From IMG/VR virus record IMGVR_UViG_3300009159_000067, positions 2,922 through 66,921 of that record: 64,000 bases of DNA; one strand, given 5' to 3'. The notes beneath the pieces were generated by a model. It was not told where the DNA came from. It did not search any database and saw only the letters and a list, made by a program, of their open reading frames with translations. The stretch comes from a virus. This document shows, in pieces, positions 1 through 8,960 of the stretch. Within the stretch, counting starts at the first letter, position 1, and each line of letters starts with the position of its first letter. The translations under genes and the position numbers were made by a program.

Positions 1-1
1 G

Positions 2-643
2 AAATATTTTGGTAACGACAGAAATGTTACGATTGGTAGTAGGCATACTATAGCAAGGATTGGAAAATACTTGGTTCAAATGGGGGCTCATACTCTTCCA
101 TCATTAAGACAAGAGAAAAAGTTTACTGAAAGAATTGGAAAACGCATTATTGATAATCTTATTGAAATGTTAAAACTTCCTAGTTATGCAAAATTGATAT
201 TAGTTGAAGATACACCAAATGATATTGATGCAATTTTATATATCGATTATCCAACTTTTCTAAAATCTGAAGAACCTTCAATAAGTAGTTATTCTAATCC
301 TATTTTAATTAAATTAAAATCTTTGCTTGCGAATACCTTGGGTGTTGAGTTTGGTAATCCTGTCCATGGAAAAATTAAATTAAATTTTGATACAAAACTT
401 AAAAATGAAGATGAATGGGTTAAAAAAGTTTTAAACAAAGAAATTAAAAAACACATTAAGCAAATGCCTGATGGTGATTATGTCCATTCAATAAGATTTG
501 AACCAAAAACCGATAAAGCTATTATAAAAATAGTATATAAAGAGAGTTCTTATAGACGCATGCTTCAACATGAATTTAGAAAAAAAGTTGATGAATATCT
601 CAAAAGTTTGGGATATACCAAAATAGTTGTTGAAAATATTTAA
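2..643 (+). CDS. Hypothetical protein, 5'-truncated at window edge
   Basis: Frame is open from base 2 to TAA at 643; followed by a terminator hairpin. Confidence 0.7.
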   Translation, partial: KYFGNDRNVTIGSRHTIARIGKYLVQMGAHTLPSLRQEKKFTERIGKRIIDNLIEMLKLPSYAKLILVEDTPNDIDAILYIDYPTFLKSEEPSISSYSNPILIKLKSLLANTLGVEFGNPVHGKIKLNFDTKLKNEDEWVKKVLNKEIKKHIKQMPDGDYVHSIRFEPKTDKAIIKIVYKESSYRRMLQHEFRKKVDEYLKSLGYTKIVVENI

Positions 644-648
644 TTCAT

Positions 649-678
649 TAACCCCTCCCCTTTGTGAGGGTTTTTTTT
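649..678 (+). terminator. Intrinsic terminator, CCCTC...GAGGG family
   Basis: aacccctcccctttgtgagggtttttttt; similar hairpins near 2871, 4547, 6902, 9927, 16909, 35555, 60866. Confidence 0.75.
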
Positions 679-685
679 ATAAATT

Positions 686-715
686 TTTGTTTGTTTAAAA
701 TATTTCGTATATTTG
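686..715 (+). promoter_or_regulatory. Bacteroidota sigmaA-type promoter (TTTG ... TATATTTG)
   Basis: TTTG 686-689 and TAnnTTTG 708-715; no ORF downstream. Confidence 0.65.
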
Positions 716-717
716 CA

Positions 718-801
718 TTGTGATTGAAGACAACCTATTTAGATACAATTGATCACAAAATTACGGGGAGGGTCAACGATTTAGATACCCTTCCTGTTTT
801 T
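718..801 (+). ncRNA. Candidate two-hairpin small RNA
   Basis: Stems 718-727/749-758 and 763-773/787-797 with G-U pairs; both carry ATTTAGATAC; ends in a U-tract. Confidence 0.55.
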
Positions 802-1210
802 ATTTACTCAAAACTAATTGGTCTTGGGCAACTAATAACCCAAAACTATCAGAAGATGGAAAAATTGTAAGAATAAGTAATGACCAATAATTGTCGTCAT
901 TTATTGTTGCAAGAATTGCGAAATCAATTTTTGATTCTTTATCTTTAATAACAAACTTATCTCCATCAACAATATAACCATTTATAATTGCTTCTGCAAT
1001 ATCTCTTTTATATTTTTCAATTACATCAATAATTTTTTGATTGGAAATAATTCTATCACTTAGTCCTCCCCTACCTAGATTTGACCTATCTCTTGTATGT
1101 TTTGATGTGGAGATGTCAAATCCAAATGTTACTTGGAATGTATCAGAAATTTGTGCAATTTTTCTTTCAAGTAATAAATGTTCTTTAATTAAATTTCTAA
1201 TATTTTTCAT
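800..1210 (-). CDS. Leader-bearing hypothetical protein, possible RNase-like fold
   Basis: N-term MKNIRNLIKEHLLLE; SKHTRDR motif; TATTTAT upstream. Confidence 0.6.
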   Translation of the reverse strand: MKNIRNLIKEHLLLERKIAQISDTFQVTFGFDISTSKHTRDRSNLGRGGLSDRIISNQKIIDVIEKYKRDIAEAIINGYIVDGDKFVIKDKESKIDFAILATINDDNYWSLLILTIFPSSDSFGLLVAQDQLVLSK

Positions 1211-1268
1211 ACAAAAATAAATATTTATGTTTGTAGTATTTTTGTATCTTTATAATAATTATAATACA

Positions 1269-1419
1269 ATGAGGAACACAATGCGTCATATTGTCTTTAG
1301 TAAACAAGAAGAAATTTGTTGTTATAAGACATGCGTTGTGGTCTTGTGATAGTTTAGTATAATTCCTGAAGAGTTATATATACAAACCTCGGACTACAGA
1401 AATGTGTGTGGGGTTTTTT
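1269..1419 (+). ncRNA. Candidate long-hairpin RNA with 26-codon ORF and terminator
   Basis: CACAATGCGT/ATGCGTTGTG and TGTCTT/AAGACA arms; GAAA-capped terminator 1384-1419. Confidence 0.4.
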
Positions 1420-1439
1420 AATTATATGTATTTATCTAT

Positions 1440-1595
1440 ATGGACAAGTTGGAACATAGTATTAGGGTTTTGGACAAGGTGTTGAATAGTGAATTATTCT
1501 TGGGGAAATATCCAATGGTTAAAAGAGTTGAGGTTGAAAAAAATGGCAGGTCTTCTATAAACATTATTTTAATCTATGATGAGACAAAATATTAA
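1440..1595 (+). CDS. Short or truncated paralog of the 'KYP' small-protein family
   Basis: 51 aa containing LGKYPMVKRVEV; resembles the N-terminus of 1607..1933; TATTTAT upstream. Confidence 0.45.
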   Translation: MDKLEHSIRVLDKVLNSELFLGKYPMVKRVEVEKNGRSSINIILIYDETKY

Positions 1596-1606
1596 AAAGT
1601 GATAAT

Positions 1607-1933
1607 ATGGTAAAACCGGAAACTATAATGGAAAATGCATTTGAGAAACTTCTTAAGAAAATGCTATCAGAAAAATATCCAATGTATTTTTTGGATATTC
1701 ATGTTGTCCATTATGGTGGATTTAATGCAATAATGCATTCTCCAAAAAAATCTTATGAGGTATTTCTTATTATTCTTGATAAAGATTCAATAAAGGTGCG
1801 TCCTCAAATGGAAGAAGTTAAAAAATATATCATTGATCTTTCAAAATATATGGATATAAGAATTCATGGGATTTATGTTGAAGCTGTTAATGAAGAAGAA
1901 TGGGAAGAAATGAAGTTGGGTAGTAAAAAATAA
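1607..1933 (+). CDS. Hypothetical protein ('KYP' family)
   Basis: ORF; LSEKYPMY motif resembles motifs in 1440, 5951 and 6952. Confidence 0.7.
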   Translation: MVKPETIMENAFEKLLKKMLSEKYPMYFLDIHVVHYGGFNAIMHSPKKSYEVFLIILDKDSIKVRPQMEEVKKYIIDLSKYMDIRIHGIYVEAVNEEEWEEMKLGSKK

Positions 1934-1939
1934 ATATAT

Positions 1940-2218
1940 ATGAAGGTTATAATAACAGAAGATCAATATCATCAGATTAGAGTTCGTAGAAGACTTGATC
2001 AGCTTTGGGACCTGATTAAGATGACCTATCCTTATATGTATCCTTGTGATTATGAAAGGGATGGTTATCTTTCTGGTATTGCTCATGAGGTTGGTGATGT
2101 TATAAGTGATACAGAATATATGGATGATAATACCACCCCCATGGCAAAAGAAATGGTTTCATCCTATTTTGCCAATCGTTTGCTAAGGCATTGGATGGAG
2201 AATTGTGGTGATAAGTAA
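1940..2218 (+). CDS. Leader-bearing hypothetical protein
   Basis: MKVIITEDQ leader; RRRL...YPCDY module also in 6952..7866. Confidence 0.7.
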   Translation: MKVIITEDQYHQIRVRRRLDQLWDLIKMTYPYMYPCDYERDGYLSGIAHEVGDVISDTEYMDDNTTPMAKEMVSSYFANRLLRHWMENCGDK

Positions 2219-2342
2219 ATGTGTGGTGCCGGAAACGACTTTGTCGTTATTTTCCCCGAATTTTTGACCGACGGTCCCCGACCGACTTCGTCGGATCGAA
2301 TGACCCCCTCATGACGAACCATCTTAAACAATAGGGTCGTGA

Positions 2343-2349
2343 TATTTAT
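2343..2349 (+). promoter_or_regulatory. TATTTAT motif, putative phage late promoter (representative copy)
   Basis: Same motif a short distance upstream of about 30 genes on both strands. Confidence 0.6.
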
Positions 2350-2364
2350 TATAAAATAAATTAA

Positions 2365-2850
2365 ATGAGAAAAATAGTAAGGTTATCTGAATCTGATTTG
2401 ATAAAATTGATCAGTCGTATTCTTAAAGAAGAATCAGATAAAGAAATGGATGAAGCGTCCAGTCCTGCACAACAAGCAGCAATCGCCATCAATATGAAGA
2501 AAAAGGGTATTAAACCAAAAAATGAATCTTTGTATGAAGATGAGTATGGTTCGGTTGAAGAAACTGAATTTGATGAGGATTCATTAAACGAAGCTGAATA
2601 TCAAGGTAGAAAAGTCCAATTGGGAAAGATTATGCAGGGAGATGTTAAAAAATTCAAAGTTTATGTTAAAAATGATAAAGGTAAAGTTGTGAAAGTTAAT
2701 TTCGGTTTTGGTGGAAAATCTGCCCACGGAAAAAGAATGGTCATCAAAAAAAATAATCCTGAGCGTAGAAAAAACTTTAGAGCTAGAATGAATTGTGATA
2801 ATCCTGGACCAAGATGGAAACCAAGATATTGGGCTTGCAGAACTTGGTAA
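2365..2850 (+). CDS. Leader-bearing protein with conserved basic C-terminal domain (paralog of 24161..24787)
   Basis: RLSESDLIKLI leader; KKFKVYVK..KVNFG..FRARxxC..YWxCxxW. Confidence 0.75.
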   Translation: MRKIVRLSESDLIKLISRILKEESDKEMDEASSPAQQAAIAINMKKKGIKPKNESLYEDEYGSVEETEFDEDSLNEAEYQGRKVQLGKIMQGDVKKFKVYVKNDKGKVVKVNFGFGGKSAHGKRMVIKKNNPERRKNFRARMNCDNPGPRWKPRYWACRTW

Positions 2851-2975
2851 ACATTTTAATAAAATTAATTAACCCCTCCCATAACGGAGGGTTTTTTATT
2901 TTATTTTATTTTATATATAGAAAAAAATCTTTTATTTTCTTGAAACTTGATTATATTTTTTGTATAAAAAAAATT

Positions 2976-3179
2976 ATGAAAAAAATCAAGTCTTTAAACT
3001 ATCTCTTAATAATTTTCTCATGTGTTATATTGTTTTCATCATGTGCGGCAATAAACCATATGGTTAGTAAGATATTCCCAAGCAAAGCATCCGTATGTCC
3101 AACTAACGATCCTAAATTCTTTTTTAGACAAAATGGAGTAAGACCTACAAAACAATATAGAAGAAATCACAGAAATTAA
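2976..3179 (+). CDS. Small lipoprotein
   Basis: Signal peptide with lipobox FSSC; ATG at 2976. Confidence 0.6.
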   Translation: MKKIKSLNYLLIIFSCVILFSSCAAINHMVSKIFPSKASVCPTNDPKFFFRQNGVRPTKQYRRNHRN

Positions 3180-3222
3180 ATAAAATTTTGGAGAATTTGT
3201 TTGGATTGTATATCTTTGTGGT

Positions 3223-3348
3223 ATGAAAAAATATATATTGTTATTTGTTGTTGCATCTTTATTGTTAAGTTCATGCAAAACTTCAGGTTATGGTTGTCAC
3301 GGTAGAGAAAGTTGGAATCGTATGGTTAGAAGAATTAATAGTCAGTAA
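3223..3348 (+). CDS. Tiny lipoprotein (41 aa)
   Basis: MKKYILLFVVASLLLSSCKTSGYGC...; TATCTTTG promoter at 3211-3218. Confidence 0.6.
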   Translation: MKKYILLFVVASLLLSSCKTSGYGCHGRESWNRMVRRINSQ

Positions 3349-3360
3349 AAAATAATTAAT

Positions 3361-3546
3361 ATGTTTAATCATCTTGTTCGTTTTATTGTTGGCTTGTTTA
3401 TTTTAACTGGCGTTTATTTCTTTTCTCTTTGGCTATTTGTCGAATGGTATGATAAAATATTCTGGATTGTATTTTTGATTATATCATATGTTGTTGGATA
3501 TTCCATTGATTCTTTCTCTAAAAAAAATAATAGAAAAAAATATTAA
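3361..3546 (+). CDS. Small two-TM membrane protein
   Basis: Two hydrophobic segments and a basic tail. Confidence 0.6.
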   Translation: MFNHLVRFIVGLFILTGVYFFSLWLFVEWYDKIFWIVFLIISYVVGYSIDSFSKKNNRKKY

Positions 3547-3571
3547 GTTCTTGTATTAGTATTTATCTATT

Positions 3572-3967
3572 ATGAAATACATTATTACCGAGGATCAGAA
3601 TGATAGACTTAAAAATTACATCATAGATTATTTTGATAAATATCTTACTCCATATGGTGGATGGAAGCCTCACAAAGAATATTTGGAAGAGCTTAAAGAT
3701 ACCAGTGGTGAAATTTTTTTCTTTTTTGAAGAACTTCGTGATGAGGGAGATATTGAAGATTATCCTCATATAAGGTATTATAGCTGCAGTAATTTTCTTG
3801 TTTCCCGATATGACTGTCCCCTTATTGTAATTTCTGATAAAGTATTTTGTGATCTTAATGCTCTTCCCGTTGATTTATGGAAACCAATTTTTATTGAATG
3901 GTTTCAGGGTCACACCAAACTTCCACTTAAAAAAATTAATACTTTGAATGATCTCGAATCTGATTAA
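3572..3967 (+). CDS. Leader-bearing protein, WKPIFxEWF family
   Basis: MKYIITEDQ leader; C-terminal DLWKPIFIEWF. Confidence 0.75.
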   Translation: MKYIITEDQNDRLKNYIIDYFDKYLTPYGGWKPHKEYLEELKDTSGEIFFFFEELRDEGDIEDYPHIRYYSCSNFLVSRYDCPLIVISDKVFCDLNALPVDLWKPIFIEWFQGHTKLPLKKINTLNDLESD

Positions 3968-4009
3968 ACAAATAGGTTGGATGATATATTTATTATAAAA
4001 TAATTTATA

Positions 4010-4528
4010 ATGAAAAAAGTCATACGATTAACTGAATCTGATTTGGTTAAATTAATTAAAAGAGTCATAAATGAACAAGACCCTGGCTTGGAAATAAACC
4101 CTCCGGCTCCTCCAGCTAATTCTCAACCTAAACCAACAACCAAAACAACGGCAAAGGTAAAACCTAATAATCAAGCAGCTACTCAAATAAAACAAAAACC
4201 AAAACCAAAACAATTTCAGTTACCAAAACAAACAAATGAAGATCAATATGATTTTTGGAATTATGATAATGAATATATAAACACAGGTAAAAAAACACAT
4301 TCAGGGATTGTAATTCAAAAAAATGGTTTAAATAAAACAGCCAGTAACACTAATCAGGAATTCATTAAAATATCGGCAAAAACTTTGCGTGGTGAAAACA
4401 TTGTAATGGTTTACAAATGTGGTAATTCATTTATGGAAGTGAAAAGTGGTGGTGTAAATGAAGGTAAAAAAATTACAAATGAAGATCTTATAAGTGATTT
4501 GAAACAAAGTATTTGTCCGCAAGGATAA
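4010..4528 (+). CDS. Leader-bearing hypothetical protein
   Basis: MKKVIRLTESDLVKLIKRVINEQ, then a Pro/Thr/Lys linker. Confidence 0.75.
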   Translation: MKKVIRLTESDLVKLIKRVINEQDPGLEINPPAPPANSQPKPTTKTTAKVKPNNQAATQIKQKPKPKQFQLPKQTNEDQYDFWNYDNEYINTGKKTHSGIVIQKNGLNKTASNTNQEFIKISAKTLRGENIVMVYKCGNSFMEVKSGGVNEGKKITNEDLISDLKQSICPQG

Positions 4529-4618
4529 AATCAATGTATATTTTTTAAACCCTCCCCTAATTAAGGAGGGTTTTTTATTTAGGTTATCTAAACAAATGAA
4601 TCAAACTATTTATTTGTT

Positions 4619-4975
4619 ATGAAATATATAATAACTGAAAGTCAATCAAATTTTTTATTGCATGACATTTTGGATGAAATGTTTGAAGGATATACAATTA
4701 AATTTGTTGAAACAGGAGAAATGTTAATTTATGTTGGAGATAAATTGATGATGGTAAAAGAACCAGGTAGAGCAGTATTATCAAAAGATATTCTTGACAA
4801 AGCTCAAAATACTTTGTTTTATGATAGTATGAAAGATTTTAAGGATTCGGTTAGAGCTTGGGTAGTAAAAAATTTTCACATTAAACCCGGTAATGAAACA
4901 TTATATGGAATTAGTTTTAAGGATTTTGATGGTGATGTGAAAATTGTTAAGCGTAGAAAAAATAAAATGAAATAA
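4619..4975 (+). CDS. Leader-bearing hypothetical protein
   Basis: MKYIITESQ leader; TATTTAT upstream. Confidence 0.7.
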   Translation: MKYIITESQSNFLLHDILDEMFEGYTIKFVETGEMLIYVGDKLMMVKEPGRAVLSKDILDKAQNTLFYDSMKDFKDSVRAWVVKNFHIKPGNETLYGISFKDFDGDVKIVKRRKNKMK

Positions 4976-4990
4976 TATGAAATATAATAT

Positions 4991-5935
4991 ATGCCCAATG
5001 TAATTAAATCCGCAACAACGGTATCTATTGGATCATTAGATAAATATAATTTTTTAGTTGGAGTAGATAGTTCTGTAGGTTATTCACCAACATCAATTAC
5101 CGATTTTTGGAATGGTATTGTTCCTCCTTCTGGCGGATATACGGTATATGCCCAAAAATCATCTGAAGGACCAAGTATTAGAGTAGCGGCTAATGATAAT
5201 GAATTAATAACGATTGCAAAACAATACGGAGGAACAAATATTAATACTGTTTATGATGCATTAAATTATTTTAATGGACAATCAATTTATATGGTTACAA
5301 ATATAGACTATCCAAATATTGTAACAAGCGGATTAACTTTATTAATGGACGCCGGTTTTATTCCTTCTTATCCAAGAACAGGAACAACATGGAGTGATTT
5401 GAGTGGGAATAATTATGTCGGAACTTTAAATAATGGACCTACTTTTAGTGGTGCAAACGAGGGAAGTATTGGTTTTAACGGTTCTAATACTTATGTGTCT
5501 ACCACATACACCCAACCTGCACAAAGTAGCTCAACATCGTTTTCATGGAATTTATGGGTGTACCCTGTTAGAAATAGTAATTTAGATATTTTTATGGGAA
5601 ATCGTAATACAACACTTAATTTTATTAAATTAACAAGCAATAATTTTGAATATTATCCAATGGCTTTTGGAGGTACAATGACATTAAACACATGGCAAAA
5701 TATATCTGTAGTAAAGAATGGATCAAGTTTCGCTTATTATAAAAATGGATCTCAAACATTAACATCCGGATCTACAGCATCATTAGTTGCAAATCCTTTT
5801 TTCATAGGAGGAGATAATACAGCCGCCGAATACGCTCAAGGAAGAGTGGCTATAGCATCAATATACAATCGTGCGTTATCCGCAACTGAAGTATCCCAAA
5901 ATTATAACGCATTAAGAAGTAGATTTGGTTTATAA
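4991..5935 (+). CDS. LamG/concanavalin-A-like domain protein, likely virion-associated
   Basis: GLTLLMDAG..SYP.TGTTW.DLSG, FS..LWVYP, YNRALSATEVSQNY motifs. Confidence 0.8.
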   Translation: MPNVIKSATTVSIGSLDKYNFLVGVDSSVGYSPTSITDFWNGIVPPSGGYTVYAQKSSEGPSIRVAANDNELITIAKQYGGTNINTVYDALNYFNGQSIYMVTNIDYPNIVTSGLTLLMDAGFIPSYPRTGTTWSDLSGNNYVGTLNNGPTFSGANEGSIGFNGSNTYVSTTYTQPAQSSSTSFSWNLWVYPVRNSNLDIFMGNRNTTLNFIKLTSNNFEYYPMAFGGTMTLNTWQNISVVKNGSSFAYYKNGSQTLTSGSTASLVANPFFIGGDNTAAEYAQGRVAIASIYNRALSATEVSQNYNALRSRFGL

Positions 5936-5950
5936 AACATATATACAAAA

Positions 5951-6214
5951 ATGAAAAATCTAACTGAAGAACAAAAATTACGGATGATAAACAAATTGTT
6001 AAATACATTTGTTAAGCCAAGATTTCCTGAAATAGATAAAATAATTGTAACAGAAGAAATTCCAGAATATTTTGGAGGTTGGTATAAAATTGAAGTTATT
6101 GTTGATGGAATAGAATATGATCAAGAACTTTTAATTGATAATGAAATTGAACATATTTTACAATATACAGGATTTGGAAAATTAAAATATAATTTAAATT
6201 TTACAACATTATAA
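5951..6214 (+). CDS. Hypothetical protein
   Basis: ORF; LTEEQ start, RFP motif. Confidence 0.6.
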   Translation: MKNLTEEQKLRMINKLLNTFVKPRFPEIDKIIVTEEIPEYFGGWYKIEVIVDGIEYDQELLIDNEIEHILQYTGFGKLKYNLNFTTL

Positions 6215-6260
6215 TTTTGATTCCACTTTTATTTTTAATATTTTTATTAAAAATAATAAT

Positions 6261-6446
6261 ATGAAAATTTTTAGGTTCAAAGGAGAGAGACAATACATCG
6301 AATATTTTACTGTTGATATTGAAGCAGAAACATTGGAAGAAGCTCAAGAAATTATAGATGAAGGTGAATACGAAGAATCAGATCATAATCACGATTTTGT
6401 TTATGGTACTGATGAAATTGAGTTTGATCAGATAGTTGGTGAATAA
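6261..6446 (+). CDS. Small acidic protein (VEAxxxEEA type)
   Basis: TVDIEAETLEEAQE motif. Confidence 0.6.
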   Translation: MKIFRFKGERQYIEYFTVDIEAETLEEAQEIIDEGEYEESDHNHDFVYGTDEIEFDQIVGE

Positions 6447-6462
6447 CACATATTTATAATCT

Positions 6463-6876
6463 ATGAAGTATATTCTCACTGAATCACAATATTATAGATT
6501 AACCGAAAATAAATTAACTAATGTTGATTTTTTTCAGGATTTAATTAATAAAAAATTGAAATACATAAGAGATCATTGTGATGAAATGGATTCAGAAGAA
6601 TATGGTGGTGATATTGGTTTTGAATCTTGTGACGAGGTCTTGTCTATTGAACAAATTAAAGTTAAAGATATAGAAATTACTCAATCTAAACATTACGACG
6701 GATCAAACATTAAAACTTTGATAATATTAAATCTTGTAATAGATTATAATTCTACGAAGTATCAATCATTTGATAACATTATGTGGGATATGAAACAAAT
6801 TTTGAAATCAAGAACTAAATTGCCCATAGACATACATTTTGAAGCTATTAATCTTAAAAAAAACTTTGAATTTTAA
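6463..6876 (+). CDS. Leader-bearing hypothetical protein
   Basis: MKYILTESQYYRLTEN. Confidence 0.7.
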   Translation: MKYILTESQYYRLTENKLTNVDFFQDLINKKLKYIRDHCDEMDSEEYGGDIGFESCDEVLSIEQIKVKDIEITQSKHYDGSNIKTLIILNLVIDYNSTKYQSFDNIMWDMKQILKSRTKLPIDIHFEAINLKKNFEF

Positions 6877-6951
6877 TAAAATAACACAGGTGCTGTTTTC
6901 TCCCCTCCCCTTAAAGGAGGGGTTTTTTATTTATAGATGTATTTATTGGAT

Positions 6952-7866
6952 ATGACCAATTACGAAACAAAAGTAAAATTAATACATAAGTTTATGGAAA
7001 CCTACCCAATGGAAGATATGTGCGGTTATTGGATAGGTGAAGGTAATGATGACGATCATGAAGCTAATTTTATTTCAATATATCTTGTTTTTGATTCTGA
7101 AAAATGGGGACCAAGATTAAATAAGGCGGTAGAGGTCAATAGAAAAAGAAATAGTTTAAAATCAACTTTAGAAAATATGTTTGGATCTCATGTTTATGTT
7201 GGCGGTGGCGTTCAAAAATGTGAAGATGATGTAGTAATAAATGAAAGTATTCCACTAAAATTCAGAAGAAGATTATCATTTGAAAGAATTAAAAAAGATA
7301 TGAATTCATCTGTTCTTTCAGGAATAGAACCTTGTCAATTCTCAAATGTTGGAGAATTTATTTCTGAATCTTGTGACATGCTTAAAGATCTTTATCTTGA
7401 TGATTTTTTTCATCAAAAACTTGATATCACTCCAAAGGATCAAGATGATCTTTATTATACTTTAGTTGATATGTTTGGTGAATACTTAAGTAAAATATAT
7501 TATAATAAATGTGGTGATAGCAGGAAGTCTAAAATTAGGTATGAACATAGAAAAAAAATAAAATATGTTATAAGAGAAAATCATTATAAATTATTGAGAA
7601 GAATAACTGAAATTGAAAAAGAAGTTGACAAAGTATTAAAGCAGATATCAAATCAAAATTCAATTTCCGAACTAAAAGCATTACCATTAGAAAATTTAAT
7701 ATTGATTGTTTCTTCATATGTTGCTATTGAAATTGCTGACAAAGCAAATATTCAGGGAGAGGGTGATGACTATATTACTTTAAGAAATCAAGTAAAACAA
7801 TATGTTAAAAATAATTTTTATGATGAAATAAAAAGTTATTTAGATAAAATTAAACAAAATAATTAA
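6952..7866 (+). CDS. Multi-module (polyprotein-like) hypothetical protein
   Basis: ATG after TATTTAT; internal INES and KYVIRENHY leader-like segments. Confidence 0.7.
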   Translation: MTNYETKVKLIHKFMETYPMEDMCGYWIGEGNDDDHEANFISIYLVFDSEKWGPRLNKAVEVNRKRNSLKSTLENMFGSHVYVGGGVQKCEDDVVINESIPLKFRRRLSFERIKKDMNSSVLSGIEPCQFSNVGEFISESCDMLKDLYLDDFFHQKLDITPKDQDDLYYTLVDMFGEYLSKIYYNKCGDSRKSKIRYEHRKKIKYVIRENHYKLLRRITEIEKEVDKVLKQISNQNSISELKALPLENLILIVSSYVAIEIADKANIQGEGDDYITLRNQVKQYVKNNFYDEIKSYLDKIKQNN

Positions 7867-7872
7867 ATTATT

Positions 7873-7980
7873 ATGGCACAAGCAAAAAAGAAACCAAGAC
7901 CAATGAAAAGTAGAAAGAATGGTCTAAAATGGGCAGAACTTATCAAAAAGAATTTGGAAGTAATTAAAAAATATGAATAA
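7873..7980 (+). CDS. Small basic peptide (35 aa)
   Basis: MAQAKKKPRPMKSRKNGLKWAELIKKNLEVIKKYE; fills the intergenic gap and overlaps the next ATG. Confidence 0.5.
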   Translation: MAQAKKKPRPMKSRKNGLKWAELIKKNLEVIKKYE

Positions 7981-8317
7981 GAAATATACGATTGGAGAGG
8001 GAAAACTAAAAGAAGTGATTATGAATCATTTTGATAGTTATTTTGATGTTAAAAATTTAGATTCATATACTCAAGATGATGAACCTAATCTTGTGAGTAT
8101 ACGCAATATCAAAAATGATTATGATAATGTAATGGTGTGGTATGATAAAGAATATTTTATTAATCCTCATTCTACATTTGGCAAACGAGCTCCCGTGGTG
8201 TCTATTGAAAATGAGTATTTAGATCCTCTTGATTCAATGTTTGGAGATCTATGGAAACCTATATTTAAAGAATGGTTTGAAAAAAACTTTAATCTTCCTG
8301 TTAATTTTGTTGGATAA
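7973..8317 (+). CDS. WKPIFxEWF family protein
   Basis: DLWKPIFKEWFEKNFNLPV; paralog of 3572. Confidence 0.7.
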   Translation: MNKKYTIGEGKLKEVIMNHFDSYFDVKNLDSYTQDDEPNLVSIRNIKNDYDNVMVWYDKEYFINPHSTFGKRAPVVSIENEYLDPLDSMFGDLWKPIFKEWFEKNFNLPVNFVG

Positions 8318-8361
8318 TTAAATATTCTTTCATTTATTGATATTTATAAAAAAACATTGAT

Positions 8362-8943
8362 ATGCGCAAAGAAATTTTAAGTGAAATAAATCAAATGAAA
8401 TATTTGTTTGGTTATAAAGCAGGAAAAGTTATTTCTGAACAAGCGGTACCAACAACAGGTACAACACCAACTCAAAATAGGTCTTACAAATTAGATATAA
8501 TAAAAAATGATGAAGATTTTAAAAATTTTTTATCTGCAGCAGAAAATACTAGTGCTTGGAAAATTGCTGGATTAGGAAATAAATTTGATGAAATCCAAAA
8601 TGACGTAAAACAAAAAACAGACCAAACCGAAGACCCTAATATTTTATCTCAACAAGGGAAAAGGTTATCATCATCACATGGAATTATTAGAAGTATTATA
8701 ACACCTTTACTAAAATATGCGGCAATGAATGGTAAAAATGGACAAAATATTAATCAATTACCTGACACATCATTACTTAAAATGATTGGCATTTATATGA
8801 CACCAGAAGAAAAAGAAAAAATAAAAGATGCTCCTATTGAAAATTATATAGAATCATTTTTTGGTGATGTATCTTCGTTAAAAGCAGGTGTTGCAAAATT
8901 GATAGATAATAAAATAAAAGAATTAGGAGAACAACCTCAATAA
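8362..8943 (+). CDS. Leader-bearing hypothetical protein
   Basis: ILSEINQMKYLFGY...VISEQ leader. Confidence 0.7.
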   Translation: MRKEILSEINQMKYLFGYKAGKVISEQAVPTTGTTPTQNRSYKLDIIKNDEDFKNFLSAAENTSAWKIAGLGNKFDEIQNDVKQKTDQTEDPNILSQQGKRLSSSHGIIRSIITPLLKYAAMNGKNGQNINQLPDTSLLKMIGIYMTPEEKEKIKDAPIENYIESFFGDVSSLKAGVAKLIDNKIKELGEQPQ

Positions 8944-8960
8944 TAAATAAAAAAGGAGAA

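Noticed and set aside
7873-7980. Phage ribosomal protein bS21 candidate
   Set aside because: Too short and lacks the bS21 pattern.
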